A stretch of DNA of 63,460 nucleotides, the filler included. It is 5 parts of 5 records of this genome, joined end to end, with 100 filler letters (N's around TTAATTAATTAA, not from the genome) between each part and the next. Parts side by side here need not be neighbours in the genome. Positions count along the whole stretch, not along the records: positions 19,934 to 50,665 come from SRR31156797_10569; positions 50,766 to 56,657 come from SRR31156797_10571; 3 more parts are not named here. One strand, given 5' to 3'. Made by a program: the position numbers and the translations under genes. Below the pieces are notes generated by a model. That model ran no database searches and was not told where the DNA came from. It saw nothing but the letters and a program-made list of their open reading frames with translations. Position 1 is the stretch's first letter; every line of letters starts with the position of its first letter. Below are positions 42,073 to 52,582 of this stretch, in pieces.

Positions 42073-42846
42073 ATGAGCCAGTTCCTACGTACAACGGCCT
42101 TAATGCTTCTAGTATTGAGCCGAGCACCGGCGTTCGCAGCTGTACCACCGACTATGCCCGCCAAGGCACAAGAAGGTGAATTTCAAAATCAACTCACATC
42201 CAAGCGATTCAAACATAGCCTTAGCGGTCTCTACGCTGTTTCTGCGACTGACGAAACGGTTTATCAACCATACAGCGACTTCGATATTCTTTACAGCAAG
42301 TCCCACTACGCTCAAGCGGAGCTAGAAACCCTCTGTAAAAGTACAGCACTGTTAACCTCGACAGAAGCCTATTTTGCAGGGGTAAAATCTATTGATAGAG
42401 CGAAAGAGAAAGTCACCACCGAACTCAATGGTGAACCTGCGAGGATTACCGACTTAGCGCGTGCGACAATTGTTGCACACGACGTCCAAAGTCTTATGGA
42501 TGCCTATGAAGCGTTAAGCAACGAAGCGACAATAGTCAGAGTGAAAAATCGCTTTAAGTCTCCAGCGCCTTCAGGCTACCGTGACTTAAACATTTTAGTT
42601 AAGTTACCAAAGACTGGCATTATTGCGGAAGTGCAGTTTCATCTCAAAGCGATTGCTGATGTGAAAAGCGGTGCTGAACATCAGTTGTATGAGCAGATAC
42701 AAGATATTGAACGTCTCGCAATGCGCGAGCAACGTTCTTTAACCCCCCTAGAAGAAGCGAAAATCCAGCGAATTCGTAGTGAATCTAAGAACCTCTACCA
42801 ACAGGCATGGCAGCCTTATATCACCACTCACCTTCAAGCAGCATAA
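42073..42846 (+). CDS. relV: Small alarmone (p)ppGpp synthetase RelV
   Basis: 257 aa; GVKS..RAKEKV, ITDLARATI, VKNRF, SGYRDL and AEVQFH RelA/SpoT synthetase motifs; position between tpm and ihfA as recalled for Vibrio relV. Confidence 0.85.
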   Translation: MSQFLRTTALMLLVLSRAPAFAAVPPTMPAKAQEGEFQNQLTSKRFKHSLSGLYAVSATDETVYQPYSDFDILYSKSHYAQAELETLCKSTALLTSTEAYFAGVKSIDRAKEKVTTELNGEPARITDLARATIVAHDVQSLMDAYEALSNEATIVRVKNRFKSPAPSGYRDLNILVKLPKTGIIAEVQFHLKAIADVKSGAEHQLYEQIQDIERLAMREQRSLTPLEEAKIQRIRSESKNLYQQAWQPYITTHLQAA

Positions 42847-42850
42847 AACA

Positions 42851-42877
42851 AATCAACCACCTAAATGGTGGTTGATT
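42851..42877. terminator. Hairpin after relV
   Basis: AATCAACCACC-TAAAT-GGTGGTTGATT. Confidence 0.65.
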
Positions 42878-42924
42878 ACTGCAAACAAAAGACCAAGCAA
42901 TTAGGCGTGGTCTAATACTGGCTA

Positions 42925-43221
42925 CTATTTCGCGACTTTAATGTTCTCTACGCGGGCTTTTAATTTCTGCCCCGGACGGAACGTAACGACTCGTCGAGCG
43001 GTAATCGGAATGTCTTCACCCGTTTTTGGATTTCGACCAGGACGTTCATTTTTGTCACGTAAATCAAAATTACCAAAACCGGAGAGTTTTACCTGTTCGC
43101 CACTTTCTAGTGCTTTACGAACTTCTTCAAAAAACACTTCAACCGTTTCCTTGGCATCCCGTTTACTAAAACCAAGTTTTTCGAACAGGTTTTCAGCCAA
43201 TTCGGCCTTTGTGAGCGCCAT
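42925..43221 (-). CDS. ihfA: Integration host factor subunit alpha
   Basis: [33 protein letters not shown] and [13 protein letters not shown]. Confidence 0.98.
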   Translation of the reverse strand: MALTKAELAENLFEKLGFSKRDAKETVEVFFEEVRKALESGEQVKLSGFGNFDLRDKNERPGRNPKTGEDIPITARRVVTFRPGQKLKARVENIKVAK

Positions 43222-43622
43222 AAAACTTCCCTCAAGCTATGTTAAACTTTGCTGCCCAGCGGCAGCGCCAGAGCAAATTTTGCTTAGCCAATCAACGACA
43301 TATCGGCTTTACGTGAAAAGTGTATGCCAAGCTTATGATTTTCGCCAACTTTTTTCTCAAGTGAGATTCAAGCTGCAAATAAAATCACACGCATATAACT
43401 CGACGCCAATAAAGATAAACAACCAAAATAAAACTAAAAACGTTAAAAAATTGGAATGTAACACTAAAATAAAACACAAAAACAAAATATAAATTCAATT
43501 GTAAAATTTTGGATTTTTTTATCTTTAAAATGAGAATTTATAGCTATTAATCAATAAATTACAAATTTCCAGTTTTTTTAAAAAAATATTCTGTCTTGTA
43601 TACCCAAATAACCTTTGGACAT

Positions 43623-43651
43623 AAAAAAAGCAGGTATCACACCTGCTTTTT
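43623..43651 (-). terminator. Rho-independent terminator after pheT
   Basis: A7-GCAGGT-ATCAC-ACCTGC-T5. Confidence 0.8.
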
Positions 43652-43676
43652 GTTTAAACCTTGAATGAAGGCAATA

Positions 43677-46064
43677 TTAGTCGCGTAAAGATGCACCGAA
43701 TTTTTCGGATACTGCTTTAACAATCGCTTCTACTGCAGAGGCAATATCAGCCTCTTCCAGCGTACGTTCGACTGATTGAAGCGTCAGAGCAATCGCAAGG
43801 CTCTTCTTACCCTCTTCTACGCCTTTACCAACGTATACATCAAACAGCTTCGCTTCTTTAAGAAGCTCACCACCCGCTGTATAACAAGCGGCAACGATAT
43901 CACCAGATGCGATGTTGTCATCAACAACCACAGCAATATCACGACGGTTTGATGGGAACTTAGAAACTGAAGCGGCTTCTGGAATAACGCGGGTATTAAT
44001 CGCATTCCACTCAATTTCGAATACGACTGTACGACCATTCAAGCCAAACTTACGCTCAAGCTCTGGGTGAACCGTACCGATAACACCCACTTCTTTGCCA
44101 TCAACAACGATTGCTGCCGATTGACCTGGGTGCAGCGCTGGGTGACGAGTTGCTACAAAGCTGTATGCTTTATCGTTTGCAGATAACTCTAGAATTGCTT
44201 CCAGATCACCTTTCAAATCGAAGAAGTCTACAGTTGCAGTTTCAACGTTCCAGTGCTCTTCACCACGAGTACCAGCAATAACACCCGCAAGCATAGGCTC
44301 TTGACGCATACCGTTCTCAGCCGTTTCGCATGGAATGAAGCGTAGGCCATATTCAAATAGACGAACACGAGGCTGTTGACGTTTTTGGTTGTGAACAACC
44401 GTGTTTAGCAGACCTTGAATCAGACCCAAACGCATTGCTGACATATCCGCAGAAATTGGGAATGGCAGAATCAGTGGTTCAACATCGTTAACAACCAGTT
44501 TTTGTTGCTCTGGCTCTACGAAGCTATAAGTAATCGCTTCATGGAAACCACGGTCAACAAGAAGATCACGAACACGCTTAAGTGGGAGATCCGCTTCTTT
44601 GTGATCATTCATGCTGAGAGCCGCAACTGGCGCTTGATTTGGAATATTGTTATAGCCGTAAATACGACCCACTTCTTCAATCAAATCTTGCTCAATTGCG
44701 ATATCAAAACGCCATGTTGGTGCTGTCGCAGTCCAGCCAGCTTCTGTTGCCTCTACCGACATACCCAGACGCTCTAGGATCTCTACTACTTCAGCATCCG
44801 CAATGTGATGGCCTAGTAGGTTATCTAGCTTAGTACGACGTAGCGAAACTGTGTTTGGCTTTGGAAGGTCAGCTTCTGACTCTGTCGCAACCACGGGTGC
44901 AACTTCACCACCACAAATCTCAACAAGAAGCTGAGTTGCACGCTCCATTGCGTTAACTTGTAGTGCGAAATCCACACCACGCTCAAAACGCATTGAAGAA
45001 TCGGTATGAAGACCGTAGCTACGAGCACGACCACGGATGTAGTCAGGAGCAAAGAATGCACACTCTAGTAGAACATCTTTAGTTTCAGCACTAACACCTG
45101 AACCTTCACCACCGAAGATACCTGCAATTGCAAGTGCTTGCTTGTGGTCAGCAACAACCAGAGTGTTGTCGTTCAGTTCAGCTTCTGTACCGTCTAGAAG
45201 CGTCAGTTTTTCACCCTGCTCTGCCATACGTACAACAATGCCACCTTCAACTTTCGCTAAGTCGAACGCATGCATTGGTTGGCCTTGCTCAAGAAGGATG
45301 AAGTTAGTGATATCAACCACCGGATCGATAGAACGGATACCACAGCGGCGTAGCTTTTCTTGCATCCAAAGCGGCGTTTCAGCTTGAACGTTTACGTTCT
45401 TAACCACACGACCAAGGTAACGAGGACAAGCAGCCGGCGCTTTAACTTCGATAGAAACAACATCATCAATCGATGGCGCAACTGGCGCTACTGATGGTTC
45501 AGTAACGTCAGCACGATTTAGAACACCGACTTCACGCGCCATACCACGGATACTGAAACAGTCTGCACGGTTCGCGGTTAGATCGACATCAACCGTTACA
45601 TCGTTTAGGTCTAGGAATTCACGGAAATCAGTACCGATAACCGCATCTTCCGCCAACTCCATAATGCCATCCGATTCGACATCAATACCTAGCTCAGTGA
45701 ATGAACAAAGCATACCGTGAGATGGTTGGCCACGTAATTTCGCTTTTTTGATTTTGAAATCGCCTGGAAGAACAGCACCAACGGTTGCAACCGCAACTTT
45801 AAGGCCTTGACGGCAGTTTGGCGCGCCACAAACGATGTCTAATAGTTCTTCTTCACCAACGTCAACTTTAGTCACACGTAGTTTGTCTGCATCTGGGTGC
45901 TGACCACACTCCACAACGTGACCGACTTTTACGCCAGTGAATTCGCCAGCAACAGGAAGTACGTCATCAACTTCTAGACCAGCCATAGTGATTTGGTGCG
46001 TTAGTTCGTCAGTAGAAACCGCTGGGTTAACCCACTCACGAAGCCATGATTCGCTGAATTTCAT
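43677..46064 (-). CDS. pheT: Phenylalanine--tRNA ligase beta subunit
   Basis: [41 protein letters not shown] and SKFPSNRRD. Confidence 0.99.
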   Translation of the reverse strand: MKFSESWLREWVNPAVSTDELTHQITMAGLEVDDVLPVAGEFTGVKVGHVVECGQHPDADKLRVTKVDVGEEELLDIVCGAPNCRQGLKVAVATVGAVLPGDFKIKKAKLRGQPSHGMLCSFTELGIDVESDGIMELAEDAVIGTDFREFLDLNDVTVDVDLTANRADCFSIRGMAREVGVLNRADVTEPSVAPVAPSIDDVVSIEVKAPAACPRYLGRVVKNVNVQAETPLWMQEKLRRCGIRSIDPVVDITNFILLEQGQPMHAFDLAKVEGGIVVRMAEQGEKLTLLDGTEAELNDNTLVVADHKQALAIAGIFGGEGSGVSAETKDVLLECAFFAPDYIRGRARSYGLHTDSSMRFERGVDFALQVNAMERATQLLVEICGGEVAPVVATESEADLPKPNTVSLRRTKLDNLLGHHIADAEVVEILERLGMSVEATEAGWTATAPTWRFDIAIEQDLIEEVGRIYGYNNIPNQAPVAALSMNDHKEADLPLKRVRDLLVDRGFHEAITYSFVEPEQQKLVVNDVEPLILPFPISADMSAMRLGLIQGLLNTVVHNQKRQQPRVRLFEYGLRFIPCETAENGMRQEPMLAGVIAGTRGEEHWNVETATVDFFDLKGDLEAILELSANDKAYSFVATRHPALHPGQSAAIVVDGKEVGVIGTVHPELERKFGLNGRTVVFEIEWNAINTRVIPEAASVSKFPSNRRDIAVVVDDNIASGDIVAACYTAGGELLKEAKLFDVYVGKGVEEGKKSLAIALTLQSVERTLEEADIASAVEAIVKAVSEKFGASLRD

Positions 46065-46082
46065 TGTGTATTTACCCTTGAA

Positions 46083-47081
<999 letters not shown>

Positions 47082-47321
47082 CTATGCCCACCTGCAAAGT
47101 AATAGGCATAAGTGGTAGTGTCCATTCTGGGTATCGCTTAGCAAAGCTGCTAATACCAGACAGGGATTCTTGGTCTATAAATAGCTGTACATAGTAACTA
47201 ATGACAGGTGCAAATCCAAACTGAAATGCTTTTATTTAACGCCTTTGGGTAAAATTTCGTCCCAACGCTTGATAAAAGAGGATTTAACACCAACCTAAAT
47301 AGCACGGACTCAGCAATCAAG

Positions 47322-47813
47322 GTGCTAACAATGGAAATCAAAATCACCCCTATTCTCCGATCTCAAGATGATGCAATTTGCGAGATTATCCAATCTGTCG
47401 GTGCAGAGTTTGGCGCCATCGGTGAAGGCTTTGGCCCCTCTGATGCAGAAGTTCAAGCCATGAGTGAACACTACTCATTGAGTGAGAAAAGTTGTTATTT
47501 TGTCGCAAGCGTTGATGGCAAAGTGATGGGAGGTTGTGGGATTGCGCCATTCAATCAATCCCAGCAACTTTGTGAGCTTAAAAAGCTGTTTCTGTTACCG
47601 GAAAGCCGCGGCTTAGGGTTGGGCAAAAAGCTGAGTGAACACTGTTTAACGTTCGCAAAACAACAAGGCTTTGAGCAATGCTATTTGGATACTTTGAACA
47701 GTATGACATCAGCCATTAAGCTCTATGAACATCTTGGGTTTAAGCACTTAGACAAACCGATGGATGGCACCGAACATAATGGCTGTGATGTGTGGATGAT
47801 CAAATCGCTATAA
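47322..47813 (+). CDS. GNAT family N-acetyltransferase (YjgM-like)
   Basis: GAEFGA..GEGF..SD, CELKKLF, RGLGLGK, CYLDT and LYEHLGF; start may be ATG 47331. Confidence 0.9.
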   Translation: MLTMEIKITPILRSQDDAICEIIQSVGAEFGAIGEGFGPSDAEVQAMSEHYSLSEKSCYFVASVDGKVMGGCGIAPFNQSQQLCELKKLFLLPESRGLGLGKKLSEHCLTFAKQQGFEQCYLDTLNSMTSAIKLYEHLGFKHLDKPMDGTEHNGCDVWMIKSL

Positions 47814-47918
47814 TGGCAAAGAAACGCGGTTAACTCTGAAGTTAGCCGCGTGTACCGGATCCAGTTTGCATCCACGTTTCGTCGCCAAACTGGAGTAACG
47901 CAGCTGGGCCGTATTAAC

Positions 47919-48086
47919 CTAGAAATAATATTCCAGAGAAACTTCGATGAAGTCGTCTTTACGGCCAAAGTAAAGCAAGTCATCCGGCGTGTCATTTTCA
48001 AACAGCCAGCCATCGATTTGCCAACTCAGATGATTCGTTAAGCGACTCGAGGCTTTGGGTAGCTCACTACCCCCAGTATCAGGCAC
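47919..48086 (-). pseudogene. 3' remnant of a probable outer-membrane beta-barrel gene
   Basis: Manual translation gives ...ASSRLTNHLSWQIDGWLFENDTPDDLLYFGRKDDFIEVSLEYYF*. It ends in a beta-signal-like YxF, has no signal peptide, and its frame is closed shortly upstream. Confidence 0.5.
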
Positions 48087-48138
48087 TGAACATATTGGTT
48101 GCGATGTTTGGATGGAGCTTTAAGGGACATAAAGCCCC

Positions 48139-49242
48139 TTAAACGGTACAAACCCGATTTCGGCCTTGTTGTTTCGCTTTATACAAAGCCTTGTCGGCCA
48201 TAGAGATGAGCATCGTATACTCATTCATGGATGAATGATATTCAGCAACGCCAACACTCATACTTCCCACCCATTGGCGATCACCATAGGGGACTGACAC
48301 ACTGTTAACGTACTGCAACACCTGCTGTGCAATGTATTCTCCGCCTTTTAAATCTGTATTTGGACAGATCACAAAAAACTCGTCTCCCCCCAAACGGCAA
48401 ACCACATCGTCATTGCGGAATCTGTCTTTCAGACAGCGAGCAAGTTCGACGAGTACTCGGTCTCCAGCCTCATGGCCACACGTATCATTGACCTGTTTAA
48501 AGTGATCGGCATCGATCATAATACAAGTTAACGGAGTCGAGTCTTTCTGAGCTTGCTCCCACAACTCACTCAACTGCTGCATTGCCTGACGGCGATTTGG
48601 TAACGACGTTAGACTATCAGTCAGAGATAGCCTCTCTAGCTGTTTGTTCGCCCGGTGAAGCTGTCGAGTGCGTTCTTCAACTTTGTCTTCGAGAGATTGG
48701 TTTAGACGAACAAGTTCTTTATTGCGCTGTGACACCTGTTGGAACAGACCATTCAATGCATTCAACAACGGTTCAATCGCGGAGTCTCGATCGCGTTTTT
48801 CTTGCTCATAGGCTTCTTGCGGGCTCACTCCTGCTTCAATAGCTCTAACTTGGCGAGCCATATTTTGATCGATACCAAGGATGTGATACGCCAACCAATG
48901 AATCAAAAACTCCAGCAACAATACTGCTGGCTTCTGATCATCATCGGAAATAAAGGCTTGCATGCTATTAATTTCCAGCATGAAAGAGCGATGAACCTGA
49001 ATATGTTCGTTGAGATGCTCATCAGCAATGCCGATTTTGCGCATCAACTGTTCTTCTTCTTTGAAGTGAAACTCTGAATACCTGGTTAGCTCAAACAGAG
49101 CCTTACGCACATCTTGGATAGATACATTATTTTCCGAGAGCAAGCTTCCGTATTGGTTTACAAATCCCACCAAAAACAAATGTTGCTCATCAACCTCATC
49201 AAGGCCTGTTTCAAAATGCTTGTCCCACTGAAACGACTTCAT
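48139..49242 (-). CDS. Hemerythrin-domain diguanylate cyclase
   Basis: DEQH, HFKEEE, H..VH and HWLAYHILGID hemerythrin motifs; TDSLT.LPNRR, RNDD I-site and an intact GGDEF. Confidence 0.93.
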   Translation of the reverse strand: MKSFQWDKHFETGLDEVDEQHLFLVGFVNQYGSLLSENNVSIQDVRKALFELTRYSEFHFKEEEQLMRKIGIADEHLNEHIQVHRSFMLEINSMQAFISDDDQKPAVLLLEFLIHWLAYHILGIDQNMARQVRAIEAGVSPQEAYEQEKRDRDSAIEPLLNALNGLFQQVSQRNKELVRLNQSLEDKVEERTRQLHRANKQLERLSLTDSLTSLPNRRQAMQQLSELWEQAQKDSTPLTCIMIDADHFKQVNDTCGHEAGDRVLVELARCLKDRFRNDDVVCRLGGDEFFVICPNTDLKGGEYIAQQVLQYVNSVSVPYGDRQWVGSMSVGVAEYHSSMNEYTMLISMADKALYKAKQQGRNRVCTV

Positions 49243-49497
49243 CGAAATATGTCACCCATCTATTCGCGTGATTAGATCACACCAAAACAATCATAAACAT
49301 CAATAATGTTAACACTTTATACACGCCACTATACGGAATACATCGTATGAAATGTTGAATATAAACCACACTTTACTTAAGTCTTTGCTACTTTTCGCTC
49401 AGAAATGCTTTGATACACACTTTATACAACAGGATAGGTATCCGGCGCTTTTCCTGACTATTCTTATTGATACCTAGGTTACTAATGATCAAAGCTT

Positions 49498-50568
49498 ATG
49501 AAATTCACTTCCCTATTTTTCGCACTGCTACTTTTTTGCCTGCCAGCGTATTCTAGTTATCAAGTCGAAAAAGTCGCTTCAGGCTTACTCATACCCTGGA
49601 GCATGAGCTTCCTCGATAACTCAACCGTATTAGCTACGGAGCGGAACGGTCATATCGTGTTGGTAGATTTAAACGATGGGAGCAAAACAACGTTATTGGA
49701 GATACCCAATGTTGCTGCTCGAGGACAAGGTGGTTTACTTGATATCGCGTTATCACCCTATGACCCATCGACCTTTTATTTCACCTACAGCAAAAATACC
49801 GACACAGGTGCCGATACCACGTTAGCTATGGCTAAACTTAATGGTACTCAAGTCACCGACTGGAATGATTTGCTTGTCACTCAATCAAACTCAGATACTA
49901 ACCGCCATTTTGGTAGCCGGATCGTTTTCGCCAATAAGCACCTATACTTTTCCGTTGGTGACCGCGGTGTCCGGGAAAATGGTCAGGATCTTTCTACTCA
50001 CGCGGGAAGTATTTTACGTTTAAAACTCGATGGCTCAACCCCTGCAGACAATCCGTTTGTAAATAGAGAAAATACTTACGCGGAGATATGGAGCTATGGA
50101 CATAGAAATCCTCAAGGTCTCTATTTTGATAATGAAAGTAATACATTGTGGGAGATGGAGCATGGACCCCGAGGAGGCGACGAGATAAACCTGATCAAAA
50201 AAGGAGCAAACTATGGATGGGCTAAAACATCATATGGCAAAGAGTACTGGGGACCGTTAGATGTAGGGAAAAGTAAAGAGGCGGAAGGAGTAGAATCTCC
50301 GGTAAAAGTGTACATCCCCTCTATCGCGCCCAGTGGTTTATTGCTCTACCGTGGCAAACGTTACCCAGAGCTTGATGGAAAACTACTCGCCGGAGCTCTG
50401 AAACTCACACACATCAATGTAATAACACTTAACCATGACAACGCAGCAGTCGGTGAAGAACGCCTTTTGGAAGACCTCAAAGAGAGAATCCGCGATATCA
50501 AGCGTTCACCAGATGACTGGATCTACTTTGCTACCGACAGCGGTAATATTTACCGCTTGCTCCCTTGA
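49498..50568 (+). CDS. PQQ-dependent aldose sugar dehydrogenase (YliI/sGDH family)
   Basis: GQGGLLD, HFGSR, GHRNPQG, EHGPRGGDEIN, GANYGW and SIAPSG. Confidence 0.93.
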   Translation: MKFTSLFFALLLFCLPAYSSYQVEKVASGLLIPWSMSFLDNSTVLATERNGHIVLVDLNDGSKTTLLEIPNVAARGQGGLLDIALSPYDPSTFYFTYSKNTDTGADTTLAMAKLNGTQVTDWNDLLVTQSNSDTNRHFGSRIVFANKHLYFSVGDRGVRENGQDLSTHAGSILRLKLDGSTPADNPFVNRENTYAEIWSYGHRNPQGLYFDNESNTLWEMEHGPRGGDEINLIKKGANYGWAKTSYGKEYWGPLDVGKSKEAEGVESPVKVYIPSIAPSGLLLYRGKRYPELDGKLLAGALKLTHINVITLNHDNAAVGEERLLEDLKERIRDIKRSPDDWIYFATDSGNIYRLLP

Positions 50569-50579
50569 ATTTCAGACAT

Positions 50580-50610
50580 AAAAAAACCTCGATACAATCG
50601 AGGCTTTTTA
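50580..50610. terminator. Bidirectional terminator between the dehydrogenase gene and the tRNA locus
   Basis: A run + CCTCGAT-ACA-ATCGAGG + CTTTTT. Confidence 0.75.
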
Positions 50611-50612
50611 TT

Positions 50613-50665
50613 TGGAGCGACACACGAGGTTCCCTTTCTTTTCAACAAAAAGGCGTGACCTCAAC
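50613..50665 (-). tRNA. 3' half of a tRNA-Gly-like gene with an interrupted T-arm (pseudo-tRNA or artefact; truncated by the contig end)
   Basis: Minus strand GTTGAGGTCACG-[21 nt]-GAACCTCGTGTGTCGCTCCA with encoded CCA; flanks match the Vibrio tRNA-Gly(GCC) 3' half as recalled; anticodon is not in the window. Confidence 0.65.
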
Positions 50666-50765
50666 NNNNNNNNNNNNNNNNNNNNNNNNNNNNNNNNNNN
50701 NNNNNNNNNTTAATTAATTAANNNNNNNNNNNNNNNNNNNNNNNNNNNNNNNNNNNNNNNNNNNN
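50666..50765. other. Artificial contig spacer
   Basis: 44 N + TTAATTAATTAA + 44 N. Confidence 0.98.
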
Positions 50766-50916
50766 CAGATATTCTTTCTTTATACTTAAAATGTTTTCCA
50801 TTAATGTGGGGAATCTTATTAAAACCAATATTATTTAGAATTTCTCTAACTTCTTTTTCCTGTTGAAGCTGCTCTTTATCTTGTGATGAAAGTTTCTTTT
50901 TCCCTTTTTTCTTCAT
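50766..50916 (-). CDS. N-terminus of a protein truncated by the contig end (possibly DGQHR-domain family)
   Basis: ATG behind a GGTGGTG SD; MKKKGKKKLSSQDKEQLQQEKEVREILNNIGFNKIPHINGKHFKYKERIS. The family guess rests on remembered resemblance only. Confidence 0.5.
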
Positions 50917-51034
50917 TTCTTCACCACCTTTGTTTTCTTATTAAATTTAACTTCAATCAAATCGTCTGATCTCAAAACATAATGGAACTTAATTTTGATT
51001 GGATTATAACAGAAATTTTGATTAGTTCTAGGTT

Positions 51035-52216
51035 TTATGAATTGAAATCTTCACAAATCCAAAGTTTATTCCGCTTTCTTTTATTTTTGATCTTCACAGG
51101 AAACAATTGATTATAATCACTTCTTGAACTTTCTAGGTTAGCTTTTTCTTCCTCTATTATCTTAAATCTTTCAGTAATATCTTTAACAGGGCCGATTTCA
51201 GTCCCAATCCACTTTCTATTTTTTATTTCTGAAACGATATATGTTGTTCCTGAACCGCCAAATGGATCAAAAACAACATCGCCCTCTTTGGATGCCATTT
51301 CAATTATTCGATCAAGTAACTTTATTGACAACTCATTTGCACCTTTTCTTCTTTTATACTTACTGTGTCTAACTGGAGGAATATCCGTCCATACGTCACC
51401 TAAATTAATTCCTAAAGGATTCATTTTATTTTTATATCCGCCATAGTCCCTTATCTCTTTAAAACAAGAAGAGCAAACCTGCATTGGCAACCTATCAGGC
51501 TTAAACGTTTCTGGCCTCTTACCTTTAGTGTAATAAATCAATGAATAGTGTGATGGATAAAGTTTGCTTTTTATTGGCAATCCTTGCTTTATTTCAATTG
51601 CAATCCAATTCCTGAAATTAAGTCTCTTATTTAAAAAGTCAGAAAACCCTGTATTCCATTTAGGCAGGTTATATATAAAAAAACTACCTCCAGGCTTAAG
51701 AATTCTTATGCATTCTTCCATCCACTCCTCTGACCAAGACAAGTATGTTTCCTTTTTCAAATTATCATCTATCTCAGAGGGATATATTTTCTTTAAGTTA
51801 AAAGGGGGGTCAGCAAAAATTAAATCAACCTCTTCATCTCCCATGGTCTTCATCAGTTCAATGCAGTCTTCATTATATAAAACACCTTTCTCAGTTTTAA
51901 GCACTACCTTTTTCTTTTTAGAGGAGGATGGCGTTTTATCATTCTTGTCAGCGATAATTTCTAAAATTGCTTCTGCGTTTTCTGATATCTTTTTAAATAT
52001 CTCACAATTTAACACCCCTGTTTTCAATTTCAGTTCCAATGAAGTGATATCTAAAGCTTCACATATTTTTTTTAAATCTTTACCTGATGGAAGAATAAGA
52101 TTATCACAATAATCTCTTATGCTTGCTATTGAAACACCAGAGTTTTTTGATAACGTTTTAATTTCCTTATCAGTTTCAATTTGAAAAGCCTTATAAAAAA
52201 GGTTGGAGTATTTCAT
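51035..52216 (-). CDS. Beta-class amino DNA methyltransferase (M.BamHI-like, probably m4C) with an N-terminal HTH-like region
   Basis: Motif IV DLIFADPPFN precedes motif I FDPFGGSGTT; likely start MKYSNL at 52216 behind a GAGGTG SD. Confidence 0.92.
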   Translation of the reverse strand: MKYSNLFYKAFQIETDKEIKTLSKNSGVSIASIRDYCDNLILPSGKDLKKICEALDITSLELKLKTGVLNCEIFKKISENAEAILEIIADKNDKTPSSSKKKKVVLKTEKGVLYNEDCIELMKTMGDEEVDLIFADPPFNLKKIYPSEIDDNLKKETYLSWSEEWMEECIRILKPGGSFFIYNLPKWNTGFSDFLNKRLNFRNWIAIEIKQGLPIKSKLYPSHYSLIYYTKGKRPETFKPDRLPMQVCSSCFKEIRDYGGYKNKMNPLGINLGDVWTDIPPVRHSKYKRRKGANELSIKLLDRIIEMASKEGDVVFDPFGGSGTTYIVSEIKNRKWIGTEIGPVKDITERFKIIEEEKANLESSRSDYNQLFPVKIKNKRKRNKLWICEDFNS

Positions 52217-52284
52217 TAACGAACACCTCAAATTATTCAAATATAAATATTACATCTGAGAGCAAAAATCAAGAAATTAATTCA

Positions 52285-52294
52285 GACTATAGTC
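52285..52294. promoter_or_regulatory. C-box-like operator of the R-M controller
   Basis: Perfect palindrome GACTATAGTC (GACT..AGTC core) between the divergent M and C genes. Confidence 0.6.
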
Positions 52295-52351
52295 CGTTGT
52301 ATGTAAAACCTCAAAGCAGTATATTTTGGGGATTTTAATGGGAGACAAATA

Positions 52352-52582
52352 ATGGAAAACAAGAATGCTTTCGGATATGTTTTAAGAAAAGTTCGACAAA
52401 AGACTGGAATAACTCAAGAGCAGCTAGGCCATAAAAGTGGATTAGATAGAACTTACATCTCTCTTTTAGAAAGAGGGTTAAGGCAACCAACCATTACAAC
52501 TTTAATAAAAATCTCAAAAGCGTTGGGCGTGTCATCTACAAGTATTCTGAAAATGGTTGAGGAGTTAACTAATGAAGATTAA
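52352..52582 (+). CDS. R-M controller (C) protein, XRE-family HTH
   Basis: 76 aa; ITQEQLGHKSGLDRTYISLLERGLRQPTI; overlaps the start of the endonuclease gene. Confidence 0.9.
   Translation: MENKNAFGYVLRKVRQKTGITQEQLGHKSGLDRTYISLLERGLRQPTITTLIKISKALGVSSTSILKMVEELTNED

Noticed and set aside
43314-43330. sigma54 promoter upstream of ihfA (minus strand TTGGCATACACTTTTCA)
   Set aside because: The -12 position reads TC rather than GC and no enhancer sites were recognised; too weak to call.
48040-48130. Selenoprotein read-through at a TGA in the short minus-strand frames
   Set aside because: The TGA frame hits TAG within three codons and no SECIS-like hairpin or redox motif is evident.
49267-49282. 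CRP site upstream of the hemerythrin-DGC gene (CGTGA-TTAGA-TCACA)
   Set aside because: The spacer is 5 rather than 6 nt.
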